This document shows, one piece after another, positions 51,723 to 64,000 of a stretch of 64,000 bases of DNA; the stretch's first letter is position 1, and each line of letters begins with the position of its first letter. Below the pieces are notes generated by a model. That model did no database searches. It was not told where the DNA came from and saw only the letters and a program-made list of their open reading frames with translations. Origin of the DNA: Octopus vulgaris (Eukaryota). The translations under genes and the position numbers were made by a program. The stretch is from assembly GCA_951406725.2 (NCBI GenBank), contig OX597820.1:33852001-33916000 (forward strand), in the 5' to 3' direction.

Positions 51723-52039
51723 TTTGTACATACACACACACACATTTTAATGTCCATTTTTCCAAGTGAGTATTGGTTTGATGAAGACATGACATTATTT
51801 TACTGCTAGATGCTTTTCCTAAAGCTAACAATTACCTGTTTTTACAAGTGAGGGTTTTTTTTTCTTCAAAATTGCGAAGATATAAGGCGATTAAAAAAAA
51901 TTCTTTTGTTTTTTAAAGTTGTTGACATAGTGTTGTCATTTATGCTTGAGGGATTTCATTCAATGACTACACAGATTGTAAGCATTTGCAAACATAAATG
52001 CATATACTTCAATTTCATGCTGTGTGTCTCAATCAATAA

Positions 52040-52700
52040 TATCAATGTAATTGAGTGGTCTTCATCCTCCAGTAGGGTGTGGAAATATAAATAACATTTA
52101 TTGTAGCCTGCTGTTCAGCACAATAGCAGTGGCCAGCAATGTCTACTTTATGTTGAGTAATAATTACAAAGATGGGTAGAATATACCCATAAATCTCCTC
52201 TTTATTCTTGTGCTCATGGCATGAGATATTTTGAGCCCTCATGAGAAGCCAGATATATGTATATGTGCCATTAAGGTGATCTTGAAGCCCAGGTTTTAGC
52301 TCCATAAACGAAAATGCTCTCTACATATGCTCTGAAGAAGGTAAGCATTGTTGACTTTCAAGCGTGTCATTGCTTGATGTTTCGAAGCATGATATAGGCA
52401 CTCTAGGCTTGTCCCTTGCATGTAAGGAAGTCTTTCTTATTATCAGCAACAAAAGACTCGAGAAACCAACCTCCTTGAGCCATGTGATATCATTGAAACA
52501 AATTGTCTGGTGGCTCTTATCTTCATTGAGAGCTTCTCCAGTGATTTATATTGTGAGAGAAACCACTGACCAGTGTCAAGATGCATGGTTTCAGCATTTT
52601 AAATTGTTGTTTTGTAATATAGAGCTACATATCATCAAACATGACAATCTTTTTCTCAACCACAAAGTTGCAGATGACCTATCGATCCTGACTGGCCAAT
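52040..52700 (-). mobile_element. Old RTE-group LINE relic; a further RT-like relic lies at ~53040-53440 (+)
   Basis: GTYT..LLMRAQNIS...EEIYG.ILP...AGHCY motif; AFDSI-like segment at ~53320. Confidence 0.55.
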
Positions 52701-54092
52701 TGACTGAAACTTAGGTGTATCAAGGATCTTAACCTAGTTTCCATGGCATATGTGACTGAGATTATAACTCTTTCTCCTGAATGGGATGCCAGTCTATCAC
52801 AGTGTTAACTTTCCAGCTATTGGTGGAACCTATTTGTAGCTGAGTGAAGTGGAGCAATGTGAAATGAAGCGTTTTGTTCAAGACCACACTACCCAGTTCA
52901 GGAATTTAAACCATGATCTTGCAGTCATGTGTGCAACACCCTATCTATTTATTAAGCCATGTATCTTCACTTTTACTAAAATGCCTAAAAATATTAAAAA
53001 GAAAAAGAAAAAACACCAGGTCCAGATAATATTCTAGTCATTGTGTGAATCTACTCTTCCACAGACACTTGTTAGAATTCTGTAATGAGATCTATAAAGG
53101 AAACACATTGACAGCCTTCTTGAAGTCTTCAATTACTCTACCTGCTTCAGAACTTCAGGTTGTCTTCATCTGCCTCACAACTACAGAAGAAAATATTCTT
53201 CCATCTCTATCCTTAAAAATTTACAACTGTGGGCCCCTTAATGAATTTCCCCTCACATTAACCCCATCCTAAGACAGAACTAAAATGTTTTCTGCAAAGG
53301 CAAATCAACACTACCACAATGCATTTGATAGTATCAAGGAAAGAGCCATCTTACATATCCTGTTAAATTATAGTATCTCAGATGAGATTGTCATAGCTAT
53401 AACCCTCAGGTATGAAAACCCATGAATTTTTATTTCAAAGTACAAGCAATCCAACTAAAAAGTTTCTAACAGCAGGAATCTTTCAAGGAAGCACCTTGGC
53501 TTTTCTGTTTGTGATTATAGTGGAGTACATCCTTAGTAAAGTCATGATCCCATTCACAACAAAAGCTTCACTCTCAAGCAGTAGTGATTGAAGCATCAAC
53601 AAAATACTTACCTCTCTGACTGTGACTGTGTTGAAGATATTGCCCTCACAGTTCAATGGTGTTACTGAGCTGTGCACAAGACTGGCTGATATCCCTTGAG
53701 CTGAAGTATGTCTGTTTCTTTATCCAAAGAAGACTGAATGCATGATTATTAGTGAAGGTGTTCTATATAGAATCAGCTTCTATATAGTTGCATACCAGTT
53801 CCACTCTCAAGACATTAGTTGATCCAGGGCATAAAGTAAAAGATACTTGCCCAATATACCATGCAGTGGGTCTGAACCCCAAGTCATATGCTTGTGAAAC
53901 AAACTTCTTAAACATACAGCCATGCTTGTACATGTATGTGTGCTAAATAATTATGCATAACACATGTATTAGGAACATAAGATAAATTGAGACATTGAAC
54001 AGATATACATATAACCTGTTATTCTCTTTGGACAATGAAAATAATGGTGATTCTCCAGACATGTTTCACAATTCATTGACTCCAAATCAGAA

Positions 54093-54167
<75 letters not shown>

Positions 54168-54724
54168 TTCCTCTAACCCACTAGCATACTGTGTCTTCTC
54201 TCTGCCTTTTCTACTGGTACTATAATGGTCTTTGATTCTCAGCTGTCTTTCCTCATGCCACTTCCCTTAGACAACCCTGACTCTCTGCTCTTCCCATTAC
54301 CCATGTTGTGTCAGTTCACTCTCCTCCTCCATTAGGCCCCACCCTGATCACTACACCTAGTCTTTCTTCCCCAGAACATTTGCTCCACTGGAATCTCTTC
54401 CCAGCTCAATCTTTCCTCCAGTTCAAGTGGAACATTAATTACATCAACCTCACTGCTGATGAAGAGCCTGCAAAGGCCTTGGGCACTGTCCCTTCCTTCA
54501 AACTCACCTAGCACAGAAAAATGTCTTCATATTTGTATATTAAAACCACAGACTCTAGTATGTTATGTATGTATGTATGAAGTGTACAAGTGTAGCTGCA
54601 CTTGGGTTCAGTATGCCTATGCTGCACTTTGAGCAAGTATGTTCTTTTATAGCTCTGGGCTGAATTGATTTGGTATATGGAAACTGAATGAAGCCTGTTA
54701 TACATATACAAACATATGTATATA

Positions 54725-55168
54725 CGAGCAAAACGCCCCCCGTCCAATGGACGGTGCTGAGTTGTCAAACATTTAAACCAAATTTTCTCAAAACAATTTG
54801 TCCGACCATCCCATAGGCCTCCTCTTTGAGAAACACTGATTTAACCTAAATTTGAGACACCAGCAAAAGAAGAAATAAAGATAGACTTTTTTCTATTCCA
54901 AAGAAAAACGATTTTATTCACACAAATATGCAACCGAAGAGTTTAAAGTACCAGTGAGTACATCGCAATAGCTGATGTACTTGTGCGTACAAATGCACGT
55001 TCCCACGGTTTTATCGATCGCATTCTCACCTGGAATCGTTTTTTGTAATTTTTTCAAGACTTATACACGCCCTGATACCGTCGATATATACATATCAAAT
55101 TTGAGCGCAATCGGATGGAGGATGCCCGAGATCCTAGAAGACAGACAGAACGGATTTTATATAATAGA
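54725..55168 (-). mobile_element. Non-autonomous Helitron-like element
   Basis: Reverse complement begins A|TCTATTATATAAAA and ends with hairpin CCGTCCATTGGACGG then CTCG|T. Confidence 0.7.
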
Positions 55169-55875
55169 TGTGTTTCCATGTTCTCTTGCCTTCACATCAT
55201 GTAATGGTTGTAAAAGAGCAGCACTCAAACAAGTGATGTTCTTCATTTGCTGCCTTGCATCCACAGAGGACATTTTACCTTGCTTGGAAACAGGTGAGCG
55301 TTGGCAATATGAAGGGCATCCAGCTATTAAAAACTTTTCAAATTCCGTCTGACCTATGTGAGCATAAAAAAGTGGACGTTACGTGATATATAGTAGGCGT
55401 ATGCGTACATACACACATACCTTTTATATATATACATGTATATTGGTAGTGAGGTCAAAAGGTGACAGTTAATACAACTTAAGGTCAACATCAGTGGAGG
55501 AACGAATTTATTTTGGTGAGGAAGGGTATCTGTGTATGTATACTTTAACTCGCCCATGTACGTGTGTGTGTGTGTAAATATATATGCATACATCACATAT
55601 ATACCTGCACACATACATACGTCTATGCATATGTACATGGACGTATATACCTACATGTACGGATAAATACAGGTGTAACACACACTTGTCCAACTGTTTG
55701 TCGTTTCATATCCCCTATCTACTGCAATCACTATGTGTCTGCCTGTTTATAAGTGCTATTAGTGAGGTAACCCTCATGAGCTCTGATGCAGCATCTCTTT
55801 GACAAAGACGTTCCAGCTTTGCCCATCTCGTATTTCCGGATACCTCAGACAATGTTATTCAATACATACATGCAC

Positions 55876-55949
<74 letters not shown>

Positions 55950-58770
55950 ATAGATATAAACCAGTGTCGGGTGATTTCAGGAAAATTTGATTGTTACTTC
56001 TAGCAAATCGAGCGGTCACATATAGATTCTTTCAGTGTGTGTGTCCGCCCGTAGCCTGCCACACACTCACATTTATTATAATTACACGAACCTTCATTTA
56101 ATTTTCGTAGTGTTCCTTCTTTTTGTCACACATTCTCTCTCCTCCCCACCCTCTCTCTCACACACACAATCTCACACATTCTCTTTGTCTCATACAAAAA
56201 CTCTCTTCCTCATTCACATATACACACGCACACACACACACACACACATATGCTCACTAGAACACTATTTTCCAGCTGATTTTTCTACTCTGGTTTATCA
56301 TCGGTTTTGGAAAGTAGTAATAGTAGTCGTAGTGTTGCCAGCATTTTTATTTACTACTACTACCACTACCACCACCACCACCACTATCACCAGCATCACC
56401 ACCGTCACCACTTCCACCAACATGACGATGACGACGGCGTCGTTAGCAGCAACCATTGTGGCTCCTTGGTTGAAAATGTCGTAAAGGTCTTTTTAAGAAC
56501 CTCTTCTTACCTGCGCGCACACACACACAATCGTGCAGGCGCACTGATGAAGAGAGATATGCTCTTATACACACACACACACATATTGACTGTTGTACAT
56601 ACATGCTCACAGATGTGCACATGCACACACACCGTTGTAGAGATACGTACACTAGCTCTCATACGTACACACATATACTGATTTACGTACACACATACAC
56701 ATTCTGACACTCATGAAGACCCATACACGCATAGAGCTACACTCGTGCAGACGGACACGTTCACTCACATTCATATGATTACACTCGTGCAGACACACAC
56801 ACACACACATATACGTACACTCATACATATATTTGGGGAGGGAGAGAGAGAGAGAGAGAGACTTGGTTTCTTCATTGAGAAAAACTACAGAAATATACAC
56901 ACCAATACACACACACACACACATGTACGTACTTAGACACACATTATCTGTATACACATACATACACGCCAACTAGGTAGCTTCTATTTGTAGTCCCCCA
57001 AGATGCTAGAAATAACAGCAAAATCTTCCTCAAATCATAATTTAAGGAAGAACTTCACAAAGGAAAGAACATATTGACTAAAGTAGGCCTAGATACACTG
57101 TGCCCGAAAGAATAAAATACTCTTGATGTTGTTGTTTAACCCCAGGTCTGACTTATTTATTCAGCTGATTATAATCAAGGCAGTTCCTGTCATAACCATT
57201 CCTTCTTTTTGCAGACCAGTGACTATAATTTTAGCGTTTTTTTTTCTTTCCATTTTTTTTTTGCTATGAGAGTAGATAGGATATCCATGGTTGGAACACA
57301 TTTAGTTGTAGGTCTGCTCGACCGGGACTGGTTTTGATTTAAACAACAATAACCTTGCCAAATATGTAAGGTCTGGGCAAACATGGCTGACGATAGAAGT
57401 AGGGGGGGGGGGGAGAGGAATTCGAAAACAAAATGTTACTTTGAATTTGTTTGTCTCTGTCTGTCAGTTTCCATCAGTCTGTCTCTCTATCTTTCTGTGT
57501 CTTTTTGTTTTTCAGTCGCTTTGCGTCTCCCTCTCCTTTGATTTATATCTGTCTTGTGTCTGTCAAGTTGTCTTGTTTGCCACCCAAAATTTGGGAAATC
57601 TTACACGTTGCATTATCCCTCTCTTTTTCTCTCTCCATTTCTTCTTTCTCCTCACTCAATACTACATACATAGGTATATGTGTGTTTTTTTTCCAATTTT
57701 AATCAGAGATAGAGGGACAGTACCCATAACCTCTACGACTGGTGAGGTTGTTTGTTTAGCCCCAGGCAGACCTTTGATGAAAAGTGTTTTAACCATGATC
57801 ATTCCATTCTTTATCCAGATATATTATATCTATGTTTACATTATCTATTAGCATCGTCATCAATTTAATTATTTTAATGTCAGCTTTTTCCATGCTTGCA
57901 TGGGTCAAGAGGCAGTTTTCTTTGACTGAATGCCCTTCTTATTGCCAACTTTCACCTGTTGCCAAGCAAGGTATTATTTCCCTGTGGTTGGACATTTTCA
58001 CAGAATACGTCACTTGTATACACATACACACTGCTTTATGATAGTAATAGTCATTTACAACTATCATATAATGTCAAAACAAGGATACACATACACTCAC
58101 TACAAGTTTCTTTCAGTTCCCATCTACCAAGCCTACTTATGAGGCTTTGGTTTACCTGGGATTGTAGAGAAAGACACCCAAGGGGCCATACTGTGGGACA
58201 AATTTTTTATCACCATTTAATGCCCATTTTCCAGGCTGATATGGATTGAATGGTTCAATAGAAGCCAGTGAACCAGAGGACTGCACCAAGCCCTAATGTC
58301 TTCTTTGGCATGGTTTTTATGACTTTATGCCTTTCCCAATGTCAACCACTTTGTAGAACACACTAGGTGCTTTTTTTACATGGCCCAGTAACTTGTAAGA
58401 CCCCCCTCAACTGATGAGGAATGTAATATTGAGGGAGACGGGTTTATGCTAGGTGAGGAGAGGTTAAAGCATGATATGGGGAACAGGAACAGATGTCATG
58501 CTGTAGCTCTTGCACTGTAGTAATAATAATAATTTCAGTAGTATACAAATATTCTAATTCCCCCCAAGACAATTCTGTACACAGCTCAGGGACATGGATG
58601 CACCTGATGGTGCAGTAGAAACTTAGATAAGATGGAAAACATTGATGATACTAATAAGTTTCCAATTTTGGTGTAAGGCCAGCAATTTTGAGGTGAGAGG
58701 GGATTTAGTTGATAACATTGACCCCCAGTATTTGACTGGTACTTCATTTCATTAACCCCAAAAAGGATGA

Positions 58771-59019
58771 AGTGGAGGCACGTGGCTTAGTGGTTAGGGT
58801 GTCAGCTTCATGATCGTAAGATTGTGGTTTCGATTCCTGGACCGGGTAACACGTGTTCTTGAGCAAAACACTTCATTTCACCACTCAGCTGGCAAAAATG
58901 AGTAACGCTGCGATGGACTGGCGTCCCGTCCAGCTGGGGAACACATACGCTATAGAAACCGGGAAACTGGGCCCATGAGCCTGGCTAGGCTTTAAAAGGG
59001 CACATTTATTTATTATTTT
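58771..59019 (+). mobile_element. tRNA-derived SINE (family 4, V-domain-like) with an 11-bp TSD, nested in a family-2 SINE relic
   Basis: A-box TGGCTTAGTGG, B-box-like GGTTTCGATTCC, CTGCGATGGACTGGCGTCCCGTCCAG, (TTTA) tail; AAAAAGGATGA at 58760-58770 and 59020-59030. Confidence 0.85.
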
Positions 59020-59374
59020 AAAAAGGATGACAGAAGCAATTGACCTCAGATTTCAATTCAGAATGTAAAGACCCAGAAGAAATGCATCTCTAACATTTTT
59101 CTGATGCTTTAATGATTCTACCAACTTACTGCCTTTAACTGTGAAATTGAATTTCAGCATTATTCCAGTTACGATTATTTCAACTATTTACCAAAAAATA
59201 GAATTGGTATTTTCTGCAAGTTATGTTGCCTCAGTAAACTTGACACATCTCAAATGTTTCAAACATGAACTTCTTCAACAACAGATAGATTGGTATATGA
59301 AACTGTATTCTGAACTTGAGGGTAATGATATTCTGAGTAGATATATTTCATTTCAGCAGCAAAAGGTTTATTAA

Positions 59375-59700
59375 TCATCATTATCGTCATTTAACGTCCG
59401 CTTTCCATGCTAGCATGGGTTGGACGATTTGACTGAGGACTGGTGAACCAGATGGCTGCGTCAGGCTCCAATCTGATCTGGCAGAGTTTCTACAGCTGGA
59501 TGCCCTTCCTAACACCAACCACTCCGAGAGTGTAGTGGGTGCTTTTACGTGCCACCAGCATGAGGGTCAGTCTGGCAGTACTGGCAATGGTCACGCTTGA
59601 AATGGTGTTTTTTATGTGCCACCTGCACAGGAGTCAGTCCAGCGGCACTGGCAACAACCTCGCTCGAATGTTTTGCTCAAGTGCCAGTAAGGCGATACTG
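59375..59700 (-). mobile_element. RTE 3' UTR fragment
   Basis: tttaacgtccgctttccatgctagcatggg...gctggatgcccttcc. Confidence 0.8.
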
Positions 59701-61222
59701 GTAACGCTGGTAATATTGATAATAATAATGACTCATTTGCCATTAGGATGAAGGATGAGGAGGACAATACAAAGACAGACGATAATCATAATGTAACTTA
59801 TGTGTGTTTGTGCTTTCCAGATTGAGCAATAGGATATAAGTATGTACTTATATCTTTGTATATTATAAACATAGTGAAATAGTTAACTGTCTATATGACT
59901 GATCTAGCAGTATGTATGTGTTTTCAAAAATCAATCCTTACAGTCTTATGTATATTTTTAGTTTCTTTTGTTGTTTTTCCCCTCATTATCTAATTGTGAT
60001 AATGACTAATTTTTTGGTGGGGGTTGAGAGGCTTGACTAATATGCTGATGTGTTTTATAAACACATACCTAAACACATGCACACTTACCCTCGCATTGTT
60101 GTATACCATACACTTAGACACTCATTCTTAAGTATCTACTTTGGACAGTTAAGATAAACACACACAAATATATCTATTTTGCACAGTTAATTACAGTAAG
60201 CATGCATGCACACATACACACAATCTCTGTCTGTCAGTTTCTCTCTCATTAACTTAATTTTATGACCTTTTGCACTGGATGACACTGAAATAAGTAAATA
60301 GACCTTATAAAAAGTCTGTTTACCATTTGTAGATAGCAGAATTAGTAGATGAAATTTTTTTGTTTATGCAGCTGTGTGAGTAAGAAACTTGTGTCTCAAC
60401 CATGTGGTTTTGCTTTCAATCCCCCTATGCAGCACCTTTGGGCAATTGTCTTTTCTACTGTAGCCCTGGGGTAATCAAAACCTTGCAAGTGGATTTGGTA
60501 GACAGAAACTGAAAAAAGACTATTGTGTGTGTGTATATGTACCACAAAACCTTCAAAAACTAAACATGAATATGTAAGTGTTATCTAAACCTAATTAGAT
60601 TACCTATGAAGATAACCAGACAATACCAATGTAAGTAATCCCAGCAAACTATGCATCCACAAACACTTTCCTGCTTACAAGAATGAAGGACAACTCAGAA
60701 TAACAAGACAAACATAAGACATTCATAATTGTGCATAACAAGTATGTGTTTTCATCATCAACTGCCAAATGAAATCACTATGGTTTTGCCATTTGGGCAG
60801 CACCATTCAATCTGGTGGTGTCAACAGCATTAGAAATATAAATGGGACCTGAGAATCCATAAACTTATTACAACTATTAACATCAAAGTAAACAAATAGT
60901 AACTTACAGTTACAAAATAGTACTTATAAAACAAAGAATTTTTTCAGACACACATACTGTTGACATTCAGACAATACAATGAACATAGACTACTAGATAC
61001 TTTTGTTTCCCAATCTACATCACATCATAAACATGATATCACACCAAATACTAGCCTAATAAAGACTAGTAGAATAGTATATCTCATAAACAACATTCTT
61101 GAACAATGTACAAAGAAAAGATCAAGCTTGGATCAATATCTCTGAAACAAGTTCAATACTATAAAATTTATTAATCAAACAAATTGCTTATTAAAAGTAA
61201 AATAAAATGCAAAAAGGGAAAT

Positions 61223-61965
61223 CATCATCATCATCGTTTAATGTCTGTTTTCTATGCTGGCATGGGTTGGACAGTTTGACTGAGGTCTGGAGAGCCAGCA
61301 GCTGCACCAGGCTCCAATCTGTTCTGGCAATGTTTTTATAGCTGGATACCCTTCATAATGCCTACCACTCCAAGAGTGTAGTGGGTGCTTTTTATGTGTC
61401 ACTGGCACAGGAGCCAGTCAGGTGGGCCTGGCATTGATCACGTTCAGATGGCGCTTTTTATGTGCCACCAGCACAAGAGCCAGTCAAGGGGTACTGGCAT
61501 TGGGCATGATCAGTTGGTGCTTTTTACGTGCCATTAGTGCGGGAACCAGTCAGGCAGACCTGGCAAGTGCTTTTTATGTGCCAAAAAAATTTGACATTTC
61601 TTTATGCAGCTGTTATGAATGAGGACAACAGTGTAAAGAAGTGCTGATCTCTGACTGTGGAGGGAACCTGTGAAAGAGGTGGACCCAGGAAGAAATTGGA
61701 CAAAGTGGTGAAGCATGATCTTTGAATAATGGGTCTCATGGAAGCAATGACAAATGATCGAGACCTTTGGCAATTTACTGTTTTTGAGAAGACTTGTCAA
61801 GCCAAGTGAAACCATAGTTGTGGCCAGTGCTGGTGACATGTAATCGGCACCTATTACACTCTTGGAGTGGTTGACATTAGGAAGGGCATCCATCCATAGA
61901 AGCCAAGTCAAATCAGCTCTCTGACTTACCAGTTCCAGTCAAAGCAGATGCTAAAAGATGTTGAT
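61223..61965. mobile_element. Two divergent RTE 3' fragments (61223-61585 minus; 61610-61965 plus)
   Basis: (CAT)n tail on the left; plus-strand VEGTCERGGPRKKLDKVVKHDL followed by UTR. Confidence 0.75.
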
Positions 61966-62154
61966 ATATACACATATAGATATCTATAACTAAAACAATT
62001 AACTAACCTATATATATATATATATATATATATTAATTTGTGAAGGTGTCATTAATTCTATTATTATCCAATGTAAATATTTTTAAAATGATGATAACAG
62101 AATCAATGACACAGGTGATAGCAGGCCAAAAATAGCATTAAATAGCCAAGAGTT

Positions 62155-62308
62155 TAAAATTAATCAAAGGACATAGTATGTCTACCTGCTTGAAATAACA
62201 GTCAAACCTCTTATCAAATTGCCAAAAATATTTTTGACGATTTGATAAGAGGTTTGACTGTTATTTCAAGCAGGTAGACATACTTACTATGCCCTTTGAT
62301 TAATTTTA
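62155..62308. repeat. ~154-bp near-perfect palindrome without a spacer
   Basis: Centre CAAAAAT|ATTTTTG at 62229/62230; arms differ by 3 transitions and a 4-nt indel. Confidence 0.95.
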
Positions 62309-62694
62309 TAGATATATATATATAGTGTGTGTGTCTATTTATGTGTAACCTTGTCTTGACATCACCTCACAGTTGTAAACAAGCATACAAGTGATTTTAT
62401 CTTCTGTGAAAAACATGTTTAGCCATAGAAAATCTGCTTCAACAAATTCTGCCAGACCTTTGCTATTATGGTAAAGTGGTTGTTAAAATGATGACTGGTT
62501 CTATCCCTATATATTCTGAATTCAGATTCTTCTCAGCCCATTTTTATCTTTCTTTGATAGTCAGGTACAATTATTAACAGTTTACATTAAATATTAGCGT
62601 CAATGCTACATTTCTCATGGGCAACAGGGTTGGGGCTGTGAGGGTTGAAAAGGGAGCAATTTGTTTGCCTCCACCACCTTTTTTTTTATCTTTG

Positions 62695-62970
62695 ACTTAT
62701 TTCAATTATTGGATTGTGGTCATGCTGGGTAACTGCTTTGAGAGGGTTAATTGAACAAATCAACTGCATCACTTATGTTTTTAAAGTCTGGTAGTTATTC
62801 TGTCATTTTTGTTTTGGTGAACTGCTAAGTTACAGGAACATAAACAAACCAACAACAGTTGTCAAGCAGTGGTGTGGGGCGCAAGCACAAAGACACATGC
62901 TCATAGATATATATAGTTTCTGCCTACCAAATTCACTCACAAGGCATTGGTCAGCCTAGAGCTATAGGAG
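62695..62970 (-). mobile_element. Diverged family-1 SINE fragment
   Basis: tgtggtcatgctgg...actgctaagttacaggaacataaacaaacc...ctaccaaattcactcacaagg. Confidence 0.65.
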
Positions 62971-63796
62971 ATGCAAAGTGAACTTCTTGACCCGTTGCCT
63001 TTCCAAAGCATTTTCATGTTTACCCTAAACATCCATGCTTGTTTTCAGACTTTTAGTTAGCCCTTATTTCAAGTGTTCTGTTTAATATAAAGCTTTCTTT
63101 TCACTGGTCCTAAATTACTCTGTTTGAAAAGAATTGGGAATATGTATCATATATGATGCAACGGAAGCCAGAGAAATATGTCCTGTGTATCACATGTAAT
63201 ACTCAGGACAAGCAAAAAGTTAACCACATAGCCATACCTGCACCTAAAATTTAATAAATTTAGTAAATTAGTATCTTTCCAACACCATAATGAAGTTAGA
63301 AGAATTATATAACTGCAAACTCTATTTTGTTTTATTAATAAAGATGGAGAGGCAAGGGGCAAATGTCACTCTGATATTTTTTGTCAAGGGTAGTGAGGTA
63401 GAGAGGGTGTATTTGTCATTTTAAGAATCACTGTGTCTGCTATTAATTCCACTCTGTTTTGGACATGTTTCCTTTGAAGTGTGTTCTGGCACATTGTCAT
63501 AACTGTATTTACCTCTTTTGAGTCCCTCTTCAGCCTTTCCCATCCACTCCATGAAAAATACAAAGTAACCATGAACCTCTTTCATAAATAGTAAACCTGT
63601 TTCTGCTATTGCCATCATACTTCAGCTTTTCAACTCCTTGCTGGAAGCACCTGTCCTTTCTCTTATCCCCCACCTCATTCAAAGATATTTCCAGTCTTGT
63701 AAGTTACAAGGTGACCGCATTAGGGCTGGTACAATGAAAATAGCACCCAGTACACTCTGTAAGGTGGTTGGCATTAGGAAGGGTATCCACTTGTAG

Positions 63797-63799
<3 letters not shown>

Positions 63800-63828
<29 letters not shown>

Positions 63829-64000
63829 GTTTAACGTCCGCTTTCCATGCTAGCATGGGTTGGACGGTTCAACTGGGGTCTGGGAAGCCCGAAGGCTGCA
63901 CCAGGCCAGTCAGATGTGGCAGTGTTTCTACAGCTGGATGCCCTTCCTAACGCCAACCACTCCGAGAGTGTAGTGGGTGATTTTATGTGCCACCGACACA
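63800..64000 (-). mobile_element. RTE 3' end with (GAT)n tail, running off the window
   Basis: (CAT)n cgtttaacgtccgctttccatgctagcatggg... Confidence 0.85.

Noticed and set aside
59810-63060. Candidate acceptors for ZFAND2 exon 2 (ttccag|AT at 59820, ttcag|AT at 62525, ttttcag|AC at 63048)
   Set aside because: None continues as DFLP.KCD.C; two hit an immediate stop

Overview
AT-rich, repeat-dense animal genomic DNA. The SINE/RTE/Dong repertoire and the (AT)n/(CA)n load suggest an octopus or other coleoid cephalopod; this is inference, not a database result. Two host genes are supported. (1) A cyclin A gene on the minus strand has seven coding exons between 9100 and 466 that splice in phase with GT-AG sites; its last exon lies beyond the window's left edge. 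(2) The first coding exon of an AN1-type zinc-finger gene (ZFAND2A/B, AIRAP-like) lies on the plus strand at 39722-39776, downstream of an ETS/CRE-type promoter. Its next exon was not found, so the rest of the window appears to be one long intron. That intron holds a ~9.4 kb 28/29-bp minisatellite built of sequentially diverged, internally homogenised blocks, plus a loop-less ~154-bp palindrome. The region between the genes is a transposon graveyard. It contains a near full-length frameshifted CR1-group LINE with a CCCH zinc-finger ORF1 and a 3' stem-loop shared with the dominant SINE. It also holds R4/Dong elements sitting tail-to-tail in (CATA)n microsatellite, RTE LINE 3' ends, a Gypsy relic, several tRNA-derived SINE families, non-autonomous Helitrons and MITEs. 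No prokaryotic features, CRISPR arrays or genuine tRNA/rRNA genes were seen.
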